Source: Balamuthia mandrillaris (lineage: Eukaryota). From it: a stretch of DNA of 64,000 bases. The translations under genes were made by a program, and so were the position numbers. Positions 58,895 through 64,000 of this stretch are shown in pieces; the stretch's first letter is position 1, and each line of letters begins with the position of its first letter. The notes beneath the pieces are model-generated. The model worked only from the letters and a program-made list of their open reading frames with translations, had not been told where the DNA came from and searched no databases. The DNA lies in NCBI GenBank assembly GCA_031835245.2, contig JAVKOQ020000058.1:1-64000 (forward strand), in the 5' to 3' direction.

Positions 58895-60307
58895 ATGACG
58901 AACAACAAGCAGAGCGGTGGGGCTTCGCTTCTTCCGGACGAGCTGGCGCTTCTGGTGCTGGAGGCCCTGCCCGAAGAGTGCGTGGCATTGGCGGCCAGGA
59001 CCTGTCGGCAGTGGTATGCTTGCAGCCCGCAGTCACAGCGAGACCGCTTGTACTTGGCTGCGTTGCTGAGCGGCAGGCCTGCTACGGACTTTGAGGCGCT
59101 GTTGGACTGGGCCGTCGACAATGGTTGCTCTTTCGACGAGCAGTTTTGCGCAGGCCTTGCCGCTGCTGGCCACCTGGAGGCTCTGCAATGGGCGCGGTCA
59201 AAGGGGTGCCCTTGGAACGAAGAAACCTGCACCAAAGCCGCTCGGCATGGACACTTGGCGATCCTGCGGTGGGCCAGAGAGAACGGATGTCCTTGGGATG
59301 AACTTACTTGCAGCGCTGCCGCAGGCGGAGGCCACGTTGAAGTACTAAAGTGGGCTCACGAGCAAGGCTGCCCTTGGGATAAACACACCTGCAGCGCTGC
59401 TGCAGGAGGAGGACACTTGGAACTGCTTTGCTGGGCCAGAGAGAGAGGCTGCCCTTGGAACGAAGAGACCTGCCACAATGCTGCGATGCGTGGCCATCTC
59501 TCCGTGCTCAAGTTTGCCATGACCAACGGCTGCCCTGCAGACGCCATGCTGGTTAGCCGCAAAGCCGCCCAAGGAGGACAGTTGAACGTTTTGCGGTGGA
59601 TGCAACACAACGGTTTGCCCACAGCCCCTTTGCATGTGTGCAACTCAGCCGCTCTTGCTGGTCGTCTCTCTGTGCTGCAGTGGGCGTGGGAGAATGGGGT
59701 TTGCGCATGGTCGGTCGTCACCTCTTCCGACCGAACATGCCTCAACGCAGCCCGAGGAGGACACTTGGAAGTGTTAAAGTGGGCTGTGGAGAGAGGATGC
59801 CCCCTGGACGAGAGGACCAGCAAGGCCGCAGTTCAAGCCGGCTATTTGCAGGTGCTGCAATGGCTCGCCGACAACGGGTGTCCTCTGGCAGAGCCTCAAC
59901 TCTGCCAGCTTGCTGCCGCAGCGGGGCATTTGGAAGTGCTGCGATGGGCTCGCGAGAAGAAAGGATGCCCTTGGGATGAGCTCGTTTGCAGTGCGGCTGC
60001 AGAAGGGGGACACCTGGAAGTGCTGCAGTGGGCCAGAGAGAACGGATGCCCTTGGAACGCTCTCACCTGCAAGAAGGCAGCCCATCGTGGCCATTCGGAG
60101 GTGCTGCGGTGGGCGAGAGAGAATGGGTGCCCATGGGACGAGGACGCCCTCAGCCACGCCAAGCTCGAAGCGATTCTCGCGTGCGGGCCAAAGGAGAACG
60201 CCCTCTGCCATCCATCCACCGCCACCGCCTCCGCTGCCGCGAAAGAGAAGGACGGGACGCGAGGGGACATAAAAACGACCCACCGCGCCACCTGCCTTCT
60301 CAGCTGA
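58895..60307 (+). CDS. Second intronless F-box protein with 'WARENGCPW' ankyrin-like repeats
   Basis: LPDELALLVLEALP...AARTCRQWYACSP followed by more than a dozen GHLEVLxWAxExGCPW-type repeats. Paralog of 18571-20964. Confidence 0.92.
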   Translation: MTNNKQSGGASLLPDELALLVLEALPEECVALAARTCRQWYACSPQSQRDRLYLAALLSGRPATDFEALLDWAVDNGCSFDEQFCAGLAAAGHLEALQWARSKGCPWNEETCTKAARHGHLAILRWARENGCPWDELTCSAAAGGGHVEVLKWAHEQGCPWDKHTCSAAAGGGHLELLCWARERGCPWNEETCHNAAMRGHLSVLKFAMTNGCPADAMLVSRKAAQGGQLNVLRWMQHNGLPTAPLHVCNSAALAGRLSVLQWAWENGVCAWSVVTSSDRTCLNAARGGHLEVLKWAVERGCPLDERTSKAAVQAGYLQVLQWLADNGCPLAEPQLCQLAAAAGHLEVLRWAREKKGCPWDELVCSAAAEGGHLEVLQWARENGCPWNALTCKKAAHRGHSEVLRWARENGCPWDEDALSHAKLEAILACGPKENALCHPSTATASAAAKEKDGTRGDIKTTHRATCLLS

Positions 60308-60544
60308 GAAGGGCAACGACTCTTGGTTGTGTGTAACGCTCCGCATGAAGAAACAAAAATGAAAATAACAAGAAAACCAGAAGCAACTCGACGTAGAACT
60401 GCTGTTCTCAACCATAGCAGTCCCCATTTTTTTTTTTTTTTAAAAAAAAAAAAAACAGCTGACCAACAAGCAAGCACAAGCAAAACGAAAACAACAACGT
60501 CTGGCTGACACGAACGAAACAAAACAAACAAAAAAAAAACATAA

Positions 60545-61183
60545 ATGAAGAACGAAGAGGCGGTGGAGCAAAAGTCATCCAAAGAGTTGAAGGAGGAGGC
60601 CGTCGAATCGGGGGAGAGGCTCAAGGCCCTCATCCAAGAGGAGCAAGGCGGGGCGGGCAAGGGCTGCACCCTGTGGATGGTCGGCTTCGACGGCAGCCCG
60701 CAGAGCTTCGAGGCGCTCAGCCACTGCCTCCACCTGGCCGACCCCGAGCGGCGGGACCGCATCAGCCTCGTCTCCGTGCTGGAGCGGCACAGCAAGACCA
60801 GCCGGGAGAACCTCAAGCCCCAGGTGGACAAGGCCAAGGAGATGGTGCGGGAGTGGGCCAGCAGGCGGCAGCCCAACGACCCCTCCGAGGCGGAGAACAG
60901 CGTGGAGTACCTCTACGACGAGTACGGGGAGAGGCCCGAGGTGGGGCTGTGCAGGATGGCGCAGAGCCTCCGGGCGCACTACCTGGTGATCGGCAAGGGG
61001 GACAAAGCGGGCAAGGTCGCCCAGCTGCTGGTCGGCTCCATCAGCGAGTACGTGGTCAAGCACTCGCCGTGCCCCGTGCTGGTGGTGCGCGGCCAGAACA
61101 AGAACCTCAACGAGGAAGCTGCCGAGGCTGCCGCCACCGCCACCGCCGCCACCACCACCACCGCCGAGACCAAAACAGATTAG
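60545..61183 (+). CDS. Universal stress protein (UspA domain), intronless
   Basis: MVGFDGSPQSFEAL...LVIG......LLVGSISEYVVKHSPCPVLVVR. Confidence 0.92.
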   Translation: MKNEEAVEQKSSKELKEEAVESGERLKALIQEEQGGAGKGCTLWMVGFDGSPQSFEALSHCLHLADPERRDRISLVSVLERHSKTSRENLKPQVDKAKEMVREWASRRQPNDPSEAENSVEYLYDEYGERPEVGLCRMAQSLRAHYLVIGKGDKAGKVAQLLVGSISEYVVKHSPCPVLVVRGQNKNLNEEAAEAAATATAATTTTAETKTD

Positions 61184-61343
61184 ATCTGTTTTTTTTTAAA
61201 AGTTTTTTTTTGTTTATATGTTTCATTCATACAAGTTCCATCCGGAGCTTCATAACTTCATCCTTTTTCTTTCTTCCTTGCTTTCGTTCTTTCTTCCTTT
61301 CCTTCCGTCCTTTCTTTCATCTTCTTTTGTTGTTGTTGTTCTG

Positions 61344-63225
61344 TTAGATGGCACTAAGGGCTTGGTCAGCGTAGAACTTGACGTCGCGGTCCTTGTCCTC
61401 GTGCAGCTTGGTGAGGCAGGGCTTCACTTTGCTCTGGATGGTGTTGCTGTCGAGGTGTTTGAGGAGCTTGTGGAGGGTCTTGGCCACGTTGAAGCGGATG
61501 TTGGGGACGGGGTCCTCCGCCATTCTCAGCACCAGCGGCAGCATGCTGTTTGTGACCACCTCCGCCTCCTTCATTCCTTGCACCTCTGATAACACCTGTT
61601 TCAGAAGGTAAAGAGATGAGGTTAGTTTAGAAACACAACAGAAATAAAATAACTAGAAGAAGAAAACCGAGAGAACATACCCCAATGGCAAACAGAGTGG
61701 TCATGCGATAGAGATAATTAGGATGAGTGTGCAGGGCCAAGACCTTGGGGATGATGTTGTTCTGGGCCCACTCCACGCCAAACACCTCCGTCAGCTTCTT
61801 CAGATTCATGGTGGCCGCATCACGAATGGAGAACACCGAGTCGCCCAACCAGCTCATGCAGAGGCTATCCAGCTTTTCGTCAAAGAACTTGACGCCCAGC
61901 TGGGAGGCCAGCAGGGGGATGTACTCGATGATGGCCAGGCGCACGCGCCACTGTCGGTCCTCGGCAAGCTCCACGATGGCCGGGAGGAGCGATTGGGAGA
62001 GCATCTCCACGCCGATCACCTTGTTGACCTCGTCCAGCTTGGAGATAATGTTGAGGCGAACCTCGGGGAAGTCGTCTTTCAGCAGCTGCAGGAAGAGGTC
62101 CAGCAGGTGCTCCAGCGTTTTCTCCTTGCCAAACACAGGGGCCAATCCCATTATTACAGAAGCCAATGCAGCTAATTTTTTTTAAGGTTTGTTGGTAAAT
62201 AATAGATAGAAAAAAAAGCAAGAAGAGGAGAAGAGGAATGCAAAAAGGAAGGAAAGAAACCTCTAGCGTGCTGTGAGCCATCTGAAACGAGTTCCTTGAT
62301 GCAGGGAAGGATATGTTTAATAGATACTTCCACGGGCAACTTTTTGCAAACGCCGGTAACCTTGAAGGCACCCGCCGTCCTGACCTCTGCCTCTGTGTCC
62401 TTCAACAAACGCACGAAAGCGGGCACGAGTTCTGCCTCTGTTGTCTCCGGTCCCAAAGCATCGCACAACTGTAATGCAGTTTACAAAGATTAGAAAGAAT
62501 TGTTCTGAGTTTCAAATATGAACAAAAAAATATAAAAACAAAACAAAACAAAAGTTAAATAACACTTGCCTCGACAAACTTCTCGGCCATCATGTAGCGA
62601 ACTCGCCATGATCGGTCAGTGGCACAGGCACGCACGATGGGAAGTACGTATGTGCTCCTCTCCTCCGCGTTGAACAGCTTGCCCATAGAGACGCAAGTCT
62701 CAACGACGAGCAAGCGGACAGAGTCCTGCTCGTCTTTGGCAAGTTTATGGAAGATCGGCACCAGCTCCTCAATAATGTGTTCTTTGGATGCAGCAGGTAC
62801 AAAGTTCTAAGAGATATTTAAAAGTTAGAACATCAAAAGCAATTAAAAAGAAAGAGAAAAGGAAGCAAAGGAAAGATAGAAAAAATATATACCTTCAAAG
62901 CAGAAGAACTTGCCCGGCGGACCATTGGTGTTTCATCATCGCTTAATTTTTTGAACAGAGCGCGCATCTCCTTCTGGATTGCAGGGTCAGAAATGCGGGG
63001 ATAGGCAGAGGCAAAGAGACCGCAGGCAGAGGTGCGGCAGGTGAACCAATCACCAGTGGCCAAACGTTTGATAAGGGGGATAAAGTCCGAGTTGAAACGT
63101 GCGTCTGGCAAAACCTCTTCCACCAAGCAAAGTGACTCTACAGCCTACAAAAATAAATAAACAGAAACGGAATAAGTTCATGGCATTTGAGGAAGTGAAC
63201 AGGAAAAAGAGGGACTGGAGGGAGG

Positions 63226-63265
<40 letters not shown>

Positions 63266-63943
63266 GAGAGAGAGAGGGAGAGATGAAGAGAAGAGAAACT
63301 TACTTTTTCTCTTACAACAGTCTCTTCCACAGTGGCAAGCGTTTCCAATGGCGTAAGAAGGCAATAAGCTTCCTCAGGTCCTCCCACCAAGTCTACAAAC
63401 TTGCCCAATTCCTCCGCCAAAGCCAACAAAACCTCGTCTTCATCATCCACACAGTCTTTTTGTTTTTAAAGGAAGGAACAAAAAGCAGAAGGAGAATAGA
63501 TACCGAATTACGTTAATGAATTGACATTTAAAAAAGCAGACGGAAAAGGAACAAAGAAGGAGAGGAAAAGGAAAGAAAAGAAAGAGAGAGGAGACGAGGG
63601 AGGAAGAGAGGAGGGACGTAGAAGAAAGAGGAAGAACAAGGGGGAAAATAAAAATCTGTTGTTGGGTTGTTGATAAGAAGGAGAAAGAAAGTACCGTTTG
63701 TCAGGTAAGGAAGCAGCTCCGAGCGAGTCCGTTCGGGACCCAAGGCGCGGGCAATGGAGCCCAGACGATGGATGGAGTTCAGTCGGAGTTGGATGTCCTC
63801 ATTTTTAAGTTCGTCTATCAACAGCTGAATGGGAAGGAGAGAGTCGTCCCCTTTTTCGGCTGAGCAGTCGATAAATAGAACGGTGGAGAGGTAAGCGAAG
63901 CACCGACAAATTAAAAAAGAAGGGAAAGAATAACAATAGTACC

Positions 63944-63984
<41 letters not shown>

Positions 63985-64000
63985 CAACGCAACATACCGC
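61344..64000 (-). CDS. PPP2R1A: Protein phosphatase 2A scaffold subunit A (HEAT repeats); 5' end runs off the window
   Basis: [69 protein letters not shown] and [12 protein letters not shown]. Confidence 0.97.

Noticed and set aside
1..64000. Transposase, reverse transcriptase, rRNA or viral core genes
   Set aside because: No such motifs were recognised, so the virus-like repeat genes are not evidence of an integrated viral genome here.

Overview
Gene-dense eukaryotic genomic DNA with about 28 protein-coding genes. Most have GT-AG introns filled with pyrimidine-rich microsatellites, and the intergenic spacers are short and AT-rich. Gene content and intron style suggest a free-living amoebozoan, possibly Balamuthia/Acanthamoeba-like (inference). 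Recognisable housekeeping genes are Ras, Rac, importin-11-like, ATP synthase gamma, peroxisomal thiolase, DNAJC7, SPC24, MET22/SAL1, NOP9, HINT, a HhH-GPD glycosylase, a GFO/IDH/MocA oxidoreductase, USP and the PP2A-A scaffold. The most unusual items are: (1) an XPA-like zinc-finger/XPA_C domain fused to a NADAR/YbiA hydrolase domain, directly downstream of an endonuclease III-type glycosylase; (2) a small protein made of two tandem degenerate SRF-type MADS domains; (3) a copine fused to WWE and two UBA domains; (4) a bacterial-type HTTM membrane protein; (5) intronless giant-virus-like F-box/'WARENGCPW' repeat genes plus a decayed remnant; (6) a mitochondrion-targeted hemerythrin; and (7) a recurrent GTCGAC palindrome in promoter regions. 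Exon structures were assembled by eye and domain calls rest on motif recognition, not database searches.
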